From an uncultured Anaerolineae bacterium (GTDB lineage Bacteria > Chloroflexota > Anaerolineae > VGOG01), in NCBI GenBank assembly GCA_964510205.1, contig CAZEBW010000001.1, positions 86,226 to 150,225 of the forward strand: 64,000 nucleotides of DNA. Reading direction: 5' to 3'. Below are positions 12,083 to 22,359 of the stretch, piece after piece. Every line of letters begins with the position of its first letter. Position 1 is the first letter of the stretch. A program made the translations under genes and the position numbers. The notes beneath the pieces are model-generated. The model was given only the letters and a program-made list of their open reading frames with translations. It was not told where the DNA came from and did no database searches.

Positions 12083-13144
12083 ATGGCAAACGAGGGACGT
12101 GGGAAGGCACTGGAGGTTACCTTGTCCAACATCAAGAAGCGATTTGGCGATGGGGCCATCATGAGGTTGGGCGAGGCCACTCACCTCGACGTGGAAGTCA
12201 TACCCACCGGTTCCATCTCCCTGGACATTGCCCTGGGAGTGGGCGGTGTACCCAGGGGAAGAGTGACCGAGATCTATGGTCCCGAGGCTTCGGGCAAGAC
12301 CACCCTGGCGCAACACATCGTGGCCGAAGCGCAGAAGAGGGGCGGCCTGGCTGCTTTCATTGACATGGAACACGCGCTGGACCCAAGCTACGCCCGCAAG
12401 TGTGGGGTGGACGTAGAGAACCTATACATCTCCCAACCCGATACCGGCGAACAAGCGCTGGAGATCGCTGAGGCCCTGATCAGATCGGGGGCGGTGGACG
12501 TCGTGGTCATTGACTCAGTGGCCGCGCTCGTACCCCGCGCCGAGATCGAGGGCGAGATGGGAGACACTCACATCGGCCTGCAGGCCCGCTTGATGAGTCA
12601 GGCCCTCAGGAAGCTCTCAGGCGCCATCAAGCAGTCCAATACCGCCGTGGTCTTCACCAACCAGCTCAGGATGAAGATCGGCGTCATGTTTGGCAACCCA
12701 GAGACCACTTCGGGAGGCCGAGCCCTCAAGTTCTATTCCTCAGTACGTCTGGACATTCGGCGCGTGCAGGCCATCAAGCAATCGGGGGAGATCCTGGGCA
12801 TCCGCGCCAAGGTTCGGGTGGTGAAGAACAAGGTAGCTCCCCCATTCAGGTTGGCTGAGTTCGATATCATGTACAACGAAGGCATCTCTCGGACGGGGGA
12901 TATTCTCGACATAGGTGTCGAGATGGACCTGATTGACAAAAAAGGCGCTTACTATTATTATGGCGAGGAGCGCGTGGGCCACGGACGGGAGAACGCCAAG
13001 GAATTCTTGGGGGATAACCCCGAGCTAGCCCTGGAAATCGAGAACAAGATTCGCGAGAGGGCGGGGCTGCCCCTGACAAGTCAGCCCGTAGCCGACGACG
13101 AAGCCGCTCCCAGCGAAGTGGATGAGGAGTCTGAAGAAGACTGA
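12083..13144 (+). CDS. recA: recombinase RecA
   Basis: [18 protein letters not shown] Walker [11 protein letters not shown] and the rest are collinear with RecA. Confidence 0.97.
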   Translation: MANEGRGKALEVTLSNIKKRFGDGAIMRLGEATHLDVEVIPTGSISLDIALGVGGVPRGRVTEIYGPEASGKTTLAQHIVAEAQKRGGLAAFIDMEHALDPSYARKCGVDVENLYISQPDTGEQALEIAEALIRSGAVDVVVIDSVAALVPRAEIEGEMGDTHIGLQARLMSQALRKLSGAIKQSNTAVVFTNQLRMKIGVMFGNPETTSGGRALKFYSSVRLDIRRVQAIKQSGEILGIRAKVRVVKNKVAPPFRLAEFDIMYNEGISRTGDILDIGVEMDLIDKKGAYYYYGEERVGHGRENAKEFLGDNPELALEIENKIRERAGLPLTSQPVADDEAAPSEVDEESEED

Positions 13145-13693
13145 CCCTCGTCAGCGAGAGCGTTCTGAAGGGGCCGGCGAGGACGTCCAACGGTCCCTAT
13201 GAATTACTTGAAAACAGAGGAGCTTGCACACTGCCTACCCAGGGCTCCTCAGCCACAGCTATCCATTGCGAAATGTCGAAGGAGCCTCTACCTCTAGTCC
13301 CATTGGCACAGCACACCAAGTTTTGGCTTCGCTATCCCGCCCTGCGCAAGGGCATAGAGACTTACTCAACTATCTCGGTTAGCTCCGAATCCACCTTCCC
13401 CAGCTTTCGGAAGGATTCGAATTTGTGTTTGCGGCACGTGTCATTGGGTATCTAGTATTTGAGCTCACCCAGGTGACCTCCGAGTCGAGGCGAATGCCCT
13501 GAGAGAAAGGGCGACTCGGATGCGTGAAAGAAGGCAGCAATCGCAAGAGTAGAATGTCGTGTTCCTTGTCCTTAGTTCATTCCAGCGGCGAATGCTGCTA
13601 GACAAAACCGTTCTGTCACTGAAGGGGTTCTCTTCGCTCGTTGTTTAGAGCGAGCCGAAGCAACAGACGCTCCTGCGCACCAGCTTAGCGATA

Positions 13694-13730
13694 GCTGTGG
13701 CAACCGATTGCCACGGCTATTTTTTGTTTT
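13694..13730 (+). terminator. rho-independent terminator inside the recA-recX spacer
   Basis: gctgtggcaa-ccga-ttgccacggc stem-loop followed by tattttttgtttt. Confidence 0.6.
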
Positions 13731-13795
13731 GACAGCGTAATCGCCGACGAAGATGTAGCTTCCGACAGCGTGCGTCGCCAGAGGATAAGCCAACC

Positions 13796-14434
13796 ATGGC
13801 CGGCAAGATAACGGCCCTCAAAGTCCAAAAGAGAGACCCCAATCGGGTCAATGTCTATTTGGATGGTCGCTTTGCTTTCGGCTTGGCAGCCATCGAAGCA
13901 GCCAGGCTGCAGCGCGGCCAGATGCTCTCCGATGAGGACATCAAAAGGTTAAAGGAGAGGGATTCCTTTGAGAAGGCCCGCAACCGCGTTTTGCGCTTTC
14001 TATCCTACCGTCCGCGCAGCGAAGCCGAAGTGCGACGCTACTTGCAGGACAAAGACGTATCCCTGGCCATCGCAGACGAGGTCGTCGAGCGCCTAACACG
14101 AGCCAAACTCCTAGACGACCTGGCCTTCGCGCGCTATTGGGTGGAAAACAGGGAGAGATTCAAGCCGCGCGGTGTGCGGATGTTGCGCCACGAACTCCGC
14201 CAAAAGGGCGTGGACGCCAAGATCATCGCCCAATCGCTGGCCGACCTCAACGAGGAAGAGATCGCCTATCGAGCCGCGACTCAACGAGGCCGCAGGCTGG
14301 CCCACCTCGACCAAGCCTCCTTCCGCAAGAAACTAAGTGCCTACCTGCTGCGGCGGGGCTTCCCATACGGGGTGGTGAAACCGGTCGTAGAACGCACCTG
14401 GCAGGAGTTCGGAGCGGAGGATGAGAAAACATAA
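13796..14434 (+). CDS. recX: recombination regulator RecX
   Basis: VYLDGRFAFGL..., repeated three-helix modules (RFLSYRPRSEAEVRRYL, DDLAFARYWVENR). Confidence 0.85.
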   Translation: MAGKITALKVQKRDPNRVNVYLDGRFAFGLAAIEAARLQRGQMLSDEDIKRLKERDSFEKARNRVLRFLSYRPRSEAEVRRYLQDKDVSLAIADEVVERLTRAKLLDDLAFARYWVENRERFKPRGVRMLRHELRQKGVDAKIIAQSLADLNEEEIAYRAATQRGRRLAHLDQASFRKKLSAYLLRRGFPYGVVKPVVERTWQEFGAEDEKT

Positions 14435-14459
14435 ACGAAGATGAAAGTGAGGATATGAG

Positions 14460-16007
14460 ATGAATGGACCACCTTTGTCTGGATTCCCTTTGGTTGTTGT
14501 AGGCTCCGTGATTGCTCTCTCGCTTGGCGTGATCCTCGGCTATCTGCTCAACCGCTATCTGAGCCAAGCGCGCCTTGAATCGGCGGAAGCGAAAGCCAAG
14601 CGCCTAATGGCCGAGGCTCAGACCAAATCTAAGGAGTTATTGCTGGCAGCGAAGGACGAGGCTCTGAAGTTCCGCGACCAGGCCGAGGCTGAGTTCAAGA
14701 GAAAGCGGCAAGAACTTCAAAAGGAGGAGGAAAGGCTACAAAAGCACAGAGAATCTATTGACCTCAAGATGACGCGCATTGACGACAGGGAACGCCAGCT
14801 CAATAAGCGTCAAAGCAGTCTGGACCGCCTGCGGAACGAACTGGACAAGATGCATGAGCAGCGTACGCAGGAACTGGAGAGGATATCGAACTTAACCCAG
14901 GATGAAGCAAGAGAGGTGCTGCTGCAAAACGTTGCCGAGACAGCTCGCCAGGATATGGCCCGCGTGATCAGGGAAGTAGAGGCCCAGGCCAAAGAGGAAG
15001 CGGATCGCCGGGCCCGCGAGATCATCACGGTGGCCATTCAGCGGTTCGCTTCCGATGAGGTAGCGGAAACGACCGTCTCCACGGTGCCTCTGCCGAGCGA
15101 CGACATGAAAGGGCGCATCATTGGCCGTGGCGGACGCAATATCCGAGCCTTCGAAAAGGCCACAGGGGTAGACGTGGTGGTGGACGACACGCCCGAGGCC
15201 GTGCTCCTCTCCTGTTACGACCCCGTACGGCGCGAGGTTGGCCGCGTGGCCATGAACAAGCTGGTCTTGGATGGACGTATCCACCCCGGCCGCATCGAGC
15301 ACATCGTGAGCAAGTCCCAAGAGGAGGTAGCGGCCGTCATTCGCGAGACAGGAGAGCAAGCAGCCTACGATACCGGCGTGCCCGGTCTGCACCCCAAGCT
15401 GATCGAGTTGCTGGGCCGGCTCAAGTATCGCACCAGCTATGGTCAAAATGTGCTGGCCCATTCACTGGAGACGGCTGGCCTGGCGAGTATGATGGCCGCC
15501 GAACTGGGGGCTAACGTTGACTTGTCCAAAAAGGCGGGGCTTCTGCACGACATCGGCAAGGCCGTTGACCACGAAGTAAATGGCCCCCACGCCCTCATCG
15601 GCGCCGATATCGCCAAGCGATTGGGCTTATCGGCGGAGGTCGTCAACTGCATCGCCGCCCATCACCGGGAGGAAGAGCCGCAATGTCTGGAGGCCATCCT
15701 GGTCGAGGCCGCCGACGCCATCTCTGGCGCCCGCCCCGGCGCTCGCCGCGAAAGCCTGGAGCACTATCTCAAGCGCGTCAAAGCCCTGGAAGGGGTCGCC
15801 GATTCCTTCGAGGGTGTGGATCAGTCCTATGCCATTCAAGCTGGCCGCGAGATAAGGATCATGGTCAAGCCCGAAGAAATTGATGACCTGGCTGCCATCC
15901 ACCTCTCCAAGAACATCGCCAAAAAGGTGGAGGAAACACTGGAGTATCCAGGGCAGATCAAGGTCACCGTCATCCGTGAGACAAGAGCTGTAGAGCACGC
16001 CAAGTAA
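14460..16007 (+). CDS. rny: ribonuclease Y
   Basis: N-terminal TM, coiled coil, KH ([15 protein letters not shown]) and HD domain (LLHDIGKA). Confidence 0.95.
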   Translation: MNGPPLSGFPLVVVGSVIALSLGVILGYLLNRYLSQARLESAEAKAKRLMAEAQTKSKELLLAAKDEALKFRDQAEAEFKRKRQELQKEEERLQKHRESIDLKMTRIDDRERQLNKRQSSLDRLRNELDKMHEQRTQELERISNLTQDEAREVLLQNVAETARQDMARVIREVEAQAKEEADRRAREIITVAIQRFASDEVAETTVSTVPLPSDDMKGRIIGRGGRNIRAFEKATGVDVVVDDTPEAVLLSCYDPVRREVGRVAMNKLVLDGRIHPGRIEHIVSKSQEEVAAVIRETGEQAAYDTGVPGLHPKLIELLGRLKYRTSYGQNVLAHSLETAGLASMMAAELGANVDLSKKAGLLHDIGKAVDHEVNGPHALIGADIAKRLGLSAEVVNCIAAHHREEEPQCLEAILVEAADAISGARPGARRESLEHYLKRVKALEGVADSFEGVDQSYAIQAGREIRIMVKPEEIDDLAAIHLSKNIAKKVEETLEYPGQIKVTVIRETRAVEHAK

Positions 16008-16027
16008 GCACGCAGCATTCCAGCTCG

Positions 16028-16155
16028 ACAATGTTAACTTCCGCGTCAGTGTCATTGCGAGGCGCGCTGTCTGCGCCGAAGCAATCCCCAAGTCGCTGAT
16101 AGGAGATTGCTTCGCCCCTGCGGGGCTCGCAATGACATTAACTTAACATTGTCCA
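16028..16155. repeat. family 1 nested palindromic element with an extra outer arm pair (GACAATGTTAA / TTAACATTGTC)
   Basis: Core at 16051..16136 matches the other family 1 copies. Outer arms read directly. Confidence 0.85.
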
Positions 16156-16173
16156 ACTAGCCACAAGGACAAA

Positions 16174-16213
16174 GCCCTGCGGACTAGAAGTCAGTTCGCA
16201 GGGCTTCTTTTTG
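16174..16213 (+). terminator. rho-independent terminator after rny
   Basis: gccctgcg ... cgcagggc stem followed by ttctttttg. Confidence 0.55.
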
Positions 16214-16237
16214 TTCTGCTGGCAGTTCAGCTTATCC

Positions 16238-17203
16238 CTAGCCGATGTGTTGACGGCGTCTGGCAGCCAGCGTGGCTACGGCTAGAATGAGAACCAGGGA
16301 TAGCAAGCCGATTTCGGCAACGCGCCACAGCGCCGACTCCGACCTGCCGGATCGAGCAGCAGGCGGGGCAGCCGTCGGCAGAGGGAGGGGGGTAGAGGGC
16401 ACAACCTCAGCAACGGCTGTGGGCGTAGAAGCAGGCTCCACTGGACCAACCGCCTCAGCCGGCTGCGGCGTGGGCATTGCCGTGGCTTCAGCCCAATCCT
16501 CTCTGGCAGCTTGAGGACCCTCGGCTTGCGCTCCCCACTCGGGCGTGGACAGCATGAGAGCAGACGGGGCCTCCGCCTCTATCTCCTCTGCCACGGTGGG
16601 GAGGGGCGACGGCTGCGGTACCCGCTTCGGCTCTCCTTTGCCCGCGGACGGAGCAGGCGAAGGCGTCGCCGCGTAAACGCGCTCGCTCTCCGCCAGCGGC
16701 GCCTCGCTGGGCGCTTCTACCACCGCCTCCTTCTCAACCTCCTTCTCGACGACCACTTCCTTCTCCAGCACCACGGTCTCAGCCACCAGCTTCTCCACTG
16801 GCGCCTCTCGCACCACCACCTCGGGCGCCCTGGCTGGGGCCAGATCAGGGAACGGGCCGCTGACAAAGACATCGCCAGCCAGCACCACAGCGAAGAGGAT
16901 GGCAGCCACCGCGGTGGCCGCTCTCAGGAAGTCATAGGCTCGCCTCGTCTGGAAGAAGCTGGGGCTTGGGGCAGGCTCGACAGGGCGGATGGTGAAGGCG
17001 CGCGGCGCGACCACGGGGGACAGCTCTCCCAGGAGGGCCACTGTCTGGCGCAGGGTGCGCAGATTCTGAGTGCAGTCGGCGCACTGGGCCAGGTGCTTTT
17101 CCACCAGGGCTCGCTCCGTGGGCGAGAGCTCCCCATCTATATAAGCAGAGAGCATCTCCTCCACACGTTGATGCTCGGATTTGAATAGGCGATCGAATAT
17201 CAC
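16238..17203 (-). CDS. anti-sigma factor (zf-HC2) with TM helix and Pro/Ala/Glu-rich extracytoplasmic tail
   Basis: YIDGELSPTERALVEKHLAQCADC is the zf-HC2 motif. TM at AVAAILFAVVLAG. Downstream of the ECF sigma gene. Confidence 0.8.
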   Translation of the reverse strand: MIFDRLFKSEHQRVEEMLSAYIDGELSPTERALVEKHLAQCADCTQNLRTLRQTVALLGELSPVVAPRAFTIRPVEPAPSPSFFQTRRAYDFLRAATAVAAILFAVVLAGDVFVSGPFPDLAPARAPEVVVREAPVEKLVAETVVLEKEVVVEKEVEKEAVVEAPSEAPLAESERVYAATPSPAPSAGKGEPKRVPQPSPLPTVAEEIEAEAPSALMLSTPEWGAQAEGPQAAREDWAEATAMPTPQPAEAVGPVEPASTPTAVAEVVPSTPLPLPTAAPPAARSGRSESALWRVAEIGLLSLVLILAVATLAARRRQHIG

Positions 17204-17217
17204 TTGGCTCCACTCCA

Positions 17218-17442
17218 GTGACTAGTACACATGGGCGTAAATCCTTCCCCGGTTAGGCGTTGGGCGAGAGCGCCGGTTGAGTAGGAGCAGAGCGACGTAT
17301 CGAAACCAAGCGGCTTGTGAAAAGCACTGTTTTGGGCAGAAAACGCTTGGTTTCGATACACTTCTCCGCTGGCGCTACGAAGTTACTCAACCGGCGCTTG
17401 TCCTGTAACTACCGAAGGATTTCCGCCGCGATGTACTAGTCG
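17218..17442. repeat. family 2 nested palindromic element with a third outer arm pair (GACTAGTACA...AAATCCTTC)
   Basis: Core 17270..17397 matches 11417..11535. Outer arms gactagtacacatgggcgtaaatccttc and gaaggatttccgccgcgatgtactagtc are inverted complements. Confidence 0.8.
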
Positions 17443-17480
17443 CACAGATAACCAGCCGATCTCACTCGTACCTCAGCGAT

Positions 17481-17532
17481 GGAGCCCCCAACTTGTTGGG
17501 GGGCAAAGAACCCGAACAAGTTCGGGACTCCG
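17481..17532. repeat. pair of hairpins, family 5 (CCGAACAAGTTCGGGACTCC)
   Basis: ggagcccccaacttgttgggg and cccgaacaagttcgggactcc. Second locus at 37356..37376. Confidence 0.65.
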
Positions 17533-17576
17533 CTGCCAGAAGGCCCTTACCCAACTAACAAAATCAATGTGATGGA

Positions 17577-18170
17577 CTACTCGCTATTAAGACGGTATTG
17601 AGAGGGCAAAAGTTCCCCCTGCTCTAAAAGGAAATCTCGCAGCCTGGCCCGGGCGCGGCTCAGGCGTGATCTGACCGTGCCCAAAGCGACGCCCGTGACC
17701 TCGGCGATCTCTTTGTAGCTGAATCCCTGAACGTCGGCCAGGACCAACGTAATGCGCTGCTCTGACGGCAGGTTCGCGATGCCCATTTGGATGACCTTGC
17801 TCAGCTCCTGGCGCACGGTGTACGCCTCAGGCGACTCCTCAAAATCGGTGAGGGATTGCACAGGGGCTGGATCGAGCACCAGGAGAGCATCTAGAGACGC
17901 CGTCGGCCGCCGCTGCTTGCGGCGAAGCTGATCGTAGCAAGCGTTGGTGACGATGCGCATCAGCCAGGCCTTGAAAGATCCCCCCCTGAACTTGCCTATG
18001 GCCTTGAAGGCGGAGATGAAGGCCTCTTGAGTTGCATCCGACGCAGCGTGGCGGTCGCCCAGGATGCGATAGGCAAGGTTGTAAACCATGCTTTGATAAT
18101 CCAGCACCAATTGGTTAAAAGAGTTGACATCGCCCTGGCGTGCGGCGTCAATGAGGGCCTTCTCGTCCAT
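17577..18170 (-). CDS. ECF-type RNA polymerase sigma-70 family factor
   Basis: Region 2 (DATQEAFISAFKAIGKFRGGSFKAWL) and region 4 (SYKEIAEVTGVALGTVRSRLSRAR). Confidence 0.92.
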   Translation of the reverse strand: MDEKALIDAARQGDVNSFNQLVLDYQSMVYNLAYRILGDRHAASDATQEAFISAFKAIGKFRGGSFKAWLMRIVTNACYDQLRRKQRRPTASLDALLVLDPAPVQSLTDFEESPEAYTVRQELSKVIQMGIANLPSEQRITLVLADVQGFSYKEIAEVTGVALGTVRSRLSRARARLRDFLLEQGELLPSQYRLNSE

Positions 18171-18187
18171 TTGGCTGTCCAGGCGAT

Positions 18188-18216
18188 TTGACTAAATTCG
18201 CGTCTTGGCTTATACT
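18188..18216 (+). promoter_or_regulatory. promoter TTGACT-17 nt-TATACT for tRNA-Leu
   Basis: TTGACT at 18188..18193 and TATACT at 18211..18216. The tRNA 5' end is 16 nt downstream. Confidence 0.6.
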
Positions 18217-18231
18217 TTACATCAGGTCTGG

Positions 18232-18317
18232 GCCGAAGTGGCGGAACAGGCAGACGCGACGGTCTCAAAAACCGTTGAGGCTTTCACCTCATGTGGGTTC
18301 GAATCCCACCTTCGGCA
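18232..18317 (+). tRNA. tRNA-Leu (anticodon CAA), type II with long variable arm
   Basis: Acceptor GCCGAAG/CTTCGGC plus discriminator A. Anticodon stem ACGGT/ACCGT with loop CTCAAAA. T-arm GTGGGTTCGAATCCCAC. Close to E. coli tRNA-Leu at the 5' end. CCA is not encoded. Confidence 0.9.
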
Positions 18318-18440
18318 CCTGCTGTATTATACCAGTTTTTTCCCAGAAAGGCTAGAAGCAGTTGATACCGAACGCAAAAGGGGCTAATCTCTGATGGGAG
18401 AATAGCCTCTTTGCAATCTGAATGCGGGAGGTTACGGCCG

Positions 18441-19370
18441 ATGACCACAAAGACCAACAGAACCAAGCTTCCTAGACGAGATGAGGCGCTGGCCACCTTC
18501 TCCATCGTGGCCCACGACCCCAAGAGCGGCGACCTGGGAGTGGCGGTGCAGTCCAAGTTCCTGGCCGTAGGCGCGGTGGTACCCTGGGCCAAAGCCGGGG
18601 TGGGAGCCGTGGCCACTCAGTCCTACGCCAACACCACCTACGGCCCCGAAGGTCTGAGACTGATGGCCGAGGGACTGTCGGCGCAAGAGGCGCTGGAGAA
18701 GATGGTCGAAGCCGACGAGGAGCGCGCCCTGCGTCAGGCGGGCATGGTGGACGCCCGAGGAAACGCGGCTGCCTACACCGGCCAGGATTGCTTCGATTGG
18801 GCCGGCCACATCGTCGGGAAGAGCAGGGACAAGTCCGCCCCCTTCGCCTGCCAGGGCAACATCCTGGTGAGCGAGGAGACGGTGCAGGCCATGGCCCGTA
18901 CTTTTGAGGAAAGCGAGGGCGAGCTAGCCGACCGGCTGCTGGCTGCCCTGGAGGCCGGGCAGGAGGCTGGCGGGGACAAGCGAGGGCGACAGTCCGCGGC
19001 CCTGTTGGTGGTGCGGGAGAAGGGCGGCTACGGCGGATTCAACGATCGCTACCTGGATCTGCGAGTTGACGACCACCCCAGGCCCATCCAGGAGTTGAAA
19101 CGGCTGCTGGAGCTCCACAAACTGTACTTCTTCAAGAGCAAACCCCAGCATCTGCTGCCCCTGGAGGGAGACGGGGCCCGCGAGGTGCAGCAGATCCTCT
19201 CCGAACTCGGCTACTACAGCGGCGAGGTCCACGGCGTGTACGACGAAGCCACCAAAAAGGCCCTGTTCGACTTCTCTGGCGTCGAGAACCTGGAGGAACG
19301 CTGGCAAGAAAGCGCTCGCATAGACCAAGTCGTGCTGCAATTCATGCGGCAGAAGAGGGGCGCTGCATGA
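18441..19370 (+). CDS. DUF1028 (Ntn-hydrolase fold) protein with C-terminal peptidoglycan-binding-like repeat
   Basis: TFSIVAHDPKSGDLGVAVQSKFLAVGAVVPWA is the DUF1028 N-terminus. C-terminal LSELGYYSGEVHGVYDEATKKAL. ATG 18441 chosen. Confidence 0.75.
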   Translation: MTTKTNRTKLPRRDEALATFSIVAHDPKSGDLGVAVQSKFLAVGAVVPWAKAGVGAVATQSYANTTYGPEGLRLMAEGLSAQEALEKMVEADEERALRQAGMVDARGNAAAYTGQDCFDWAGHIVGKSRDKSAPFACQGNILVSEETVQAMARTFEESEGELADRLLAALEAGQEAGGDKRGRQSAALLVVREKGGYGGFNDRYLDLRVDDHPRPIQELKRLLELHKLYFFKSKPQHLLPLEGDGAREVQQILSELGYYSGEVHGVYDEATKKALFDFSGVENLEERWQESARIDQVVLQFMRQKRGAA

Positions 19371-19700
19371 GGCGATAAGCCACGGATGGGGCTTTCATGC
19401 CACTAGCCTCAATCCCCTTCTCATCGAACATCCTTTTCCAGCAGACCAACGCCGCCGACATTTCTACGTACATTCTGCTGGCGAACCCCCACTCACCAAC
19501 TCGGCGTCAGATTCAATCACCGCCTCGCTTGACTCCGCATCTACGCCCCCGATTTCAATCGCTTTCTCGTTACATCATACCATTTCACATTTTCCTTTAA
19601 TCTATCTTACGTCAATCTGTTTTCACGCCCCTCGTTTGACAGCGTTTCTTCGCCGATTTTTACGTAAAGTAGACTTCCCGCCCCCGTTTACCAGCAAACC

Positions 19701-20456
19701 TCAAAGCGAATAGCTGGCCAAGTCCTCGGCCAACTCCACAGGGCCATCGAACTCGGCCTCGGCCGCTCGCCGCAAACCCTCGAGCTCGCTATGCGGCGCG
19801 GTGAAGTGGATGAGCACCAGCTTGCCCGCCCCGCACCGCCTGGCCATCGCTCCCGCCTGAGCGGGGGTCGAATGTCCCGCGTAGTCCCCCGTGCACTCGT
19901 GGATAAGGAGGTCCGCTCCCTGCGCCAGCCTGACCAAGGCGTCACAAGGCTCGGTGTCGCTGGAGTAGACGATGGTCTTGCCACTCTCCCTGGACGTCGC
20001 CTTCACCGCAATGGTGGGAACATGGTGCTTCACTGGCGCGGTGGTGATCTCAAACTCGGCTGTCTCAACGACCTTATGCCCCACCCTCATCTCCACCTCG
20101 TGGAAGTCCACGGGCATCTCACGGGGCCAGTCGCGCCATCCCACCGCATCCATGATCGAATCCAGGGCAGCCACGCTCCTCCGTGGGCCGAAGATGCGAA
20201 ACGGCTCCCGGCGGCCATAGAGCCACAGACCCTGCAGCAGAACGGGCGCGCCGTAGATGTGATCGGGGTGGTGGTGAGTGACGATGAGAGCGTCGAGGGT
20301 ATCAAGATCGAGGCCAACTTTTCGCAGCTTGTGCAGCGGGCTGCCACCGCAGTCAATCAAAACCGAGCTCTCCCGCCCCTCGAGAACCATGTAGGTGTTA
20401 TCGCGGGAAGCATCCGCCAGCGCCGCCCCCGAACCCAAAATGATCAGTCTGGGCAT
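19701..20456 (-). CDS. MBL-fold metallo-hydrolase
   Basis: LIVTHHHPDHIYG motif. Last gene of the lipid operon. Confidence 0.85.
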   Translation of the reverse strand: MPRLIILGSGAALADASRDNTYMVLEGRESSVLIDCGGSPLHKLRKVGLDLDTLDALIVTHHHPDHIYGAPVLLQGLWLYGRREPFRIFGPRRSVAALDSIMDAVGWRDWPREMPVDFHEVEMRVGHKVVETAEFEITTAPVKHHVPTIAVKATSRESGKTIVYSSDTEPCDALVRLAQGADLLIHECTGDYAGHSTPAQAGAMARRCGAGKLVLIHFTAPHSELEGLRRAAEAEFDGPVELAEDLASYSL

Positions 20457-20471
20457 GGCCTTGCTCCTCTG

Positions 20472-21140
20472 CTATCCATCCTCCCCATCCGTAGCCCTCC
20501 AAACGTGGTACATCCGCTGAAAGGCGGTGAAGTTGGTCAAGATGGCCAAAATCCACAAAGCGATAGACATCTGATCCAGGATCAAGGCGATGGTCAGCAC
20601 AGTAACGCGCTCTAGACGGGTGAGGAGTCCCACCTTACAATCGAAGCCCAGGCCCTCGGCCCGGGCCCGGGCATAGCTGACCATCAGGGAGCCAACTATG
20701 GTGGCATAGATGAGCAGGATCTCCCGGCCAGCGCCGAGCCGCGTGTAGAAAACAAGAAGCCCTAGGTAGAGAATCGCCTCCGAGAAGCGATCCATGGTTG
20801 AATCGAGGAAAGCTCCAAAGCGGCTCCTCTTACCGGTCAAGCGGGCCAAGGTCCCGTCCAAGGCATCAAAAAGTGCGACCAGGGGAACCAACAGGCCGCC
20901 AATCCTCATGTGGCCCTGCGCCAGCACCCAAGCAACTCCCAGGTTAAGCACAACGCCCATCACCGTCACCACGTTGGGGGAGACGCCCGTCCTGCCGATG
21001 AGACCGGCGATCGGCTCCAGCACGCCTCCAAACCGCTTCCTGAGCAAATCGGTGAGGGTCCACGTCTGGTCCCCCCTCGTGTCATTCCACCCTCGTATTC
21101 GGCCCCTAATGAATCCTAGCCACTTCTCTTTCCTTTTCAA
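20472..21140 (-). CDS. CDP-alcohol phosphatidyltransferase (phosphatidylinositol-phosphate synthase-like)
   Basis: DALDGTLAR...GAFLDSTMDRFSE = D-G-x2-A-R...G-x3-D-x3-D motif. TTG 21140 (GGAGAGG RBS, TTGA overlap with the upstream stop) is preferred over ATG 21203, which would overlap by 67 nt. Confidence 0.85.
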   Translation of the reverse strand: MKRKEKWLGFIRGRIRGWNDTRGDQTWTLTDLLRKRFGGVLEPIAGLIGRTGVSPNVVTVMGVVLNLGVAWVLAQGHMRIGGLLVPLVALFDALDGTLARLTGKRSRFGAFLDSTMDRFSEAILYLGLLVFYTRLGAGREILLIYATIVGSLMVSYARARAEGLGFDCKVGLLTRLERVTVLTIALILDQMSIALWILAILTNFTAFQRMYHVWRATDGEDG

Positions 21141-22282
21141 AGTCTTTTCCTCTCCGACAGCTCTCGGTAGCAATTCAAAACCTGCTGGGCTACTTTCTGC
21201 CAAGAATAATCGGCTGCCTTGGCTTGTCCCTGGCAGCCCATTCTCTCCCGCAGGGACGGATCTCTGAGCAGGCGGATCAAGGCCTGGGCCAAGCGCCGCT
21301 CATCTTCCGGCGGCACAAGCAGCCCCTCCTCCCCGCCAGTCAAGACGCCGCGATAACCGTCAATACTGGAGGCCACAATGGGCTTCCCCGCCGCCATTGC
21401 CTCCAGCAAAATGATGCCGAAGCTCTCGAAGCCGGTGGAGGGGGCGCAGAAAACGTGGCAGGTTCGATAATAGCGCGGCAAGTCGTCCTCCGGTACGTAG
21501 CCGATAAACCGCACATCGTGCAGGCGATTCTCGCGGGCATAGAGCACAAATGGCTCCTTATCCTCCTTATCGTAAGCCCCCACCACCATGAGTCGGGTTT
21601 GGGGAACAGCTTGCTTGACCAGGGCGAAAGCTCGGAGGAGATACTTGAACCCCTTGCGCTTATCCAGACGCCCGACGAAAAGAATATTCAGTTTACCATC
21701 GTCAAACCGCTCTATCGGACGCAGGGCCGGGTCGCTGAACCGCTCCACGTCAATGCCGTTGGGGATAATGCGGTAATGGCCTGGGAAATAGCCCACCAGA
21801 TAATCTCGAACCGCCTTAGAGACGGCGATGCGGCCATCTAGGCGGCCAAAGAAGGGCTCGAAGATGGGTTTAGCGTACTCATAGCCGGGATGGTTGTCTT
21901 CACGGTAGGCGTGGAAGGTGCCCACAACCACGGACTGGGGAGACACGGGGGCGTGTCGCAGGACGGCCAGGGGCAAGGCCGGTGTCATGGGCTCGTGGAG
22001 GTGAATGACGTCGAACTGCTCCTGTTTCAGGATCTTTTTCACCCGCCGATAGACGCGCGGCGAGAGGGTAATGCGGGCCACGGAGCCGGCAGCGGGAATG
22101 GGCACAATGGAGCCAGAGACCTTGATAACCTGTTGGGGCACATCCCCCATATCCTCGGAGCAGGCAGCGATGATGCGGACATCGTGGCCCAGACGACGAA
22201 ATTCCCTGTCCAGAGCGGCAATGTGCTTGACCACTCCTCCGGGGTAGGGATAGTCATAAGGCGAGACCAGGGCGATCTTCAT
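21137..22282 (-). CDS. GT4 family glycosyltransferase (PimA-like mannosyltransferase)
   Basis: MKIALVSPYDYPYPGGV N-terminus and C-terminal EGFGIILLEAMAAGKPIV E-x7-E region. Confidence 0.85.
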   Translation of the reverse strand: MKIALVSPYDYPYPGGVVKHIAALDREFRRLGHDVRIIAACSEDMGDVPQQVIKVSGSIVPIPAAGSVARITLSPRVYRRVKKILKQEQFDVIHLHEPMTPALPLAVLRHAPVSPQSVVVGTFHAYREDNHPGYEYAKPIFEPFFGRLDGRIAVSKAVRDYLVGYFPGHYRIIPNGIDVERFSDPALRPIERFDDGKLNILFVGRLDKRKGFKYLLRAFALVKQAVPQTRLMVVGAYDKEDKEPFVLYARENRLHDVRFIGYVPEDDLPRYYRTCHVFCAPSTGFESFGIILLEAMAAGKPIVASSIDGYRGVLTGGEEGLLVPPEDERRLAQALIRLLRDPSLRERMGCQGQAKAADYSWQKVAQQVLNCYRELSERKRL

Positions 22283-22359
22283 CAGCTTTGTTTTCCAACG
22301 AAAGAAGTGCGGACGCAAGTCTGCCTATAGAGCGGACTCGCGTCCGCACTCCCGGTTAA

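Noticed and set aside
13145-13795. RNase P RNA, tmRNA, SRP RNA or 6S RNA in the recA-recX spacer.
   Set aside because: None of the universal motifs is present: GAGGAAAGUCC...ACAGAACCCGGCUUA for RNase P, a tRNA-like end plus tag ORF for tmRNA, and the GGAA-tetraloop domain IV with AGCAGCC for SRP. It is kept only as an unclassified structured region.
19371-19700. 330-bp gene-free, lower-GC spacer between convergent genes, considered as a possible small RNA or degraded gene.
   Set aside because: I found no stable hairpin, terminator, promoter-like hexamers, repeat-family match or plausible ORF. There is nothing to support a call.
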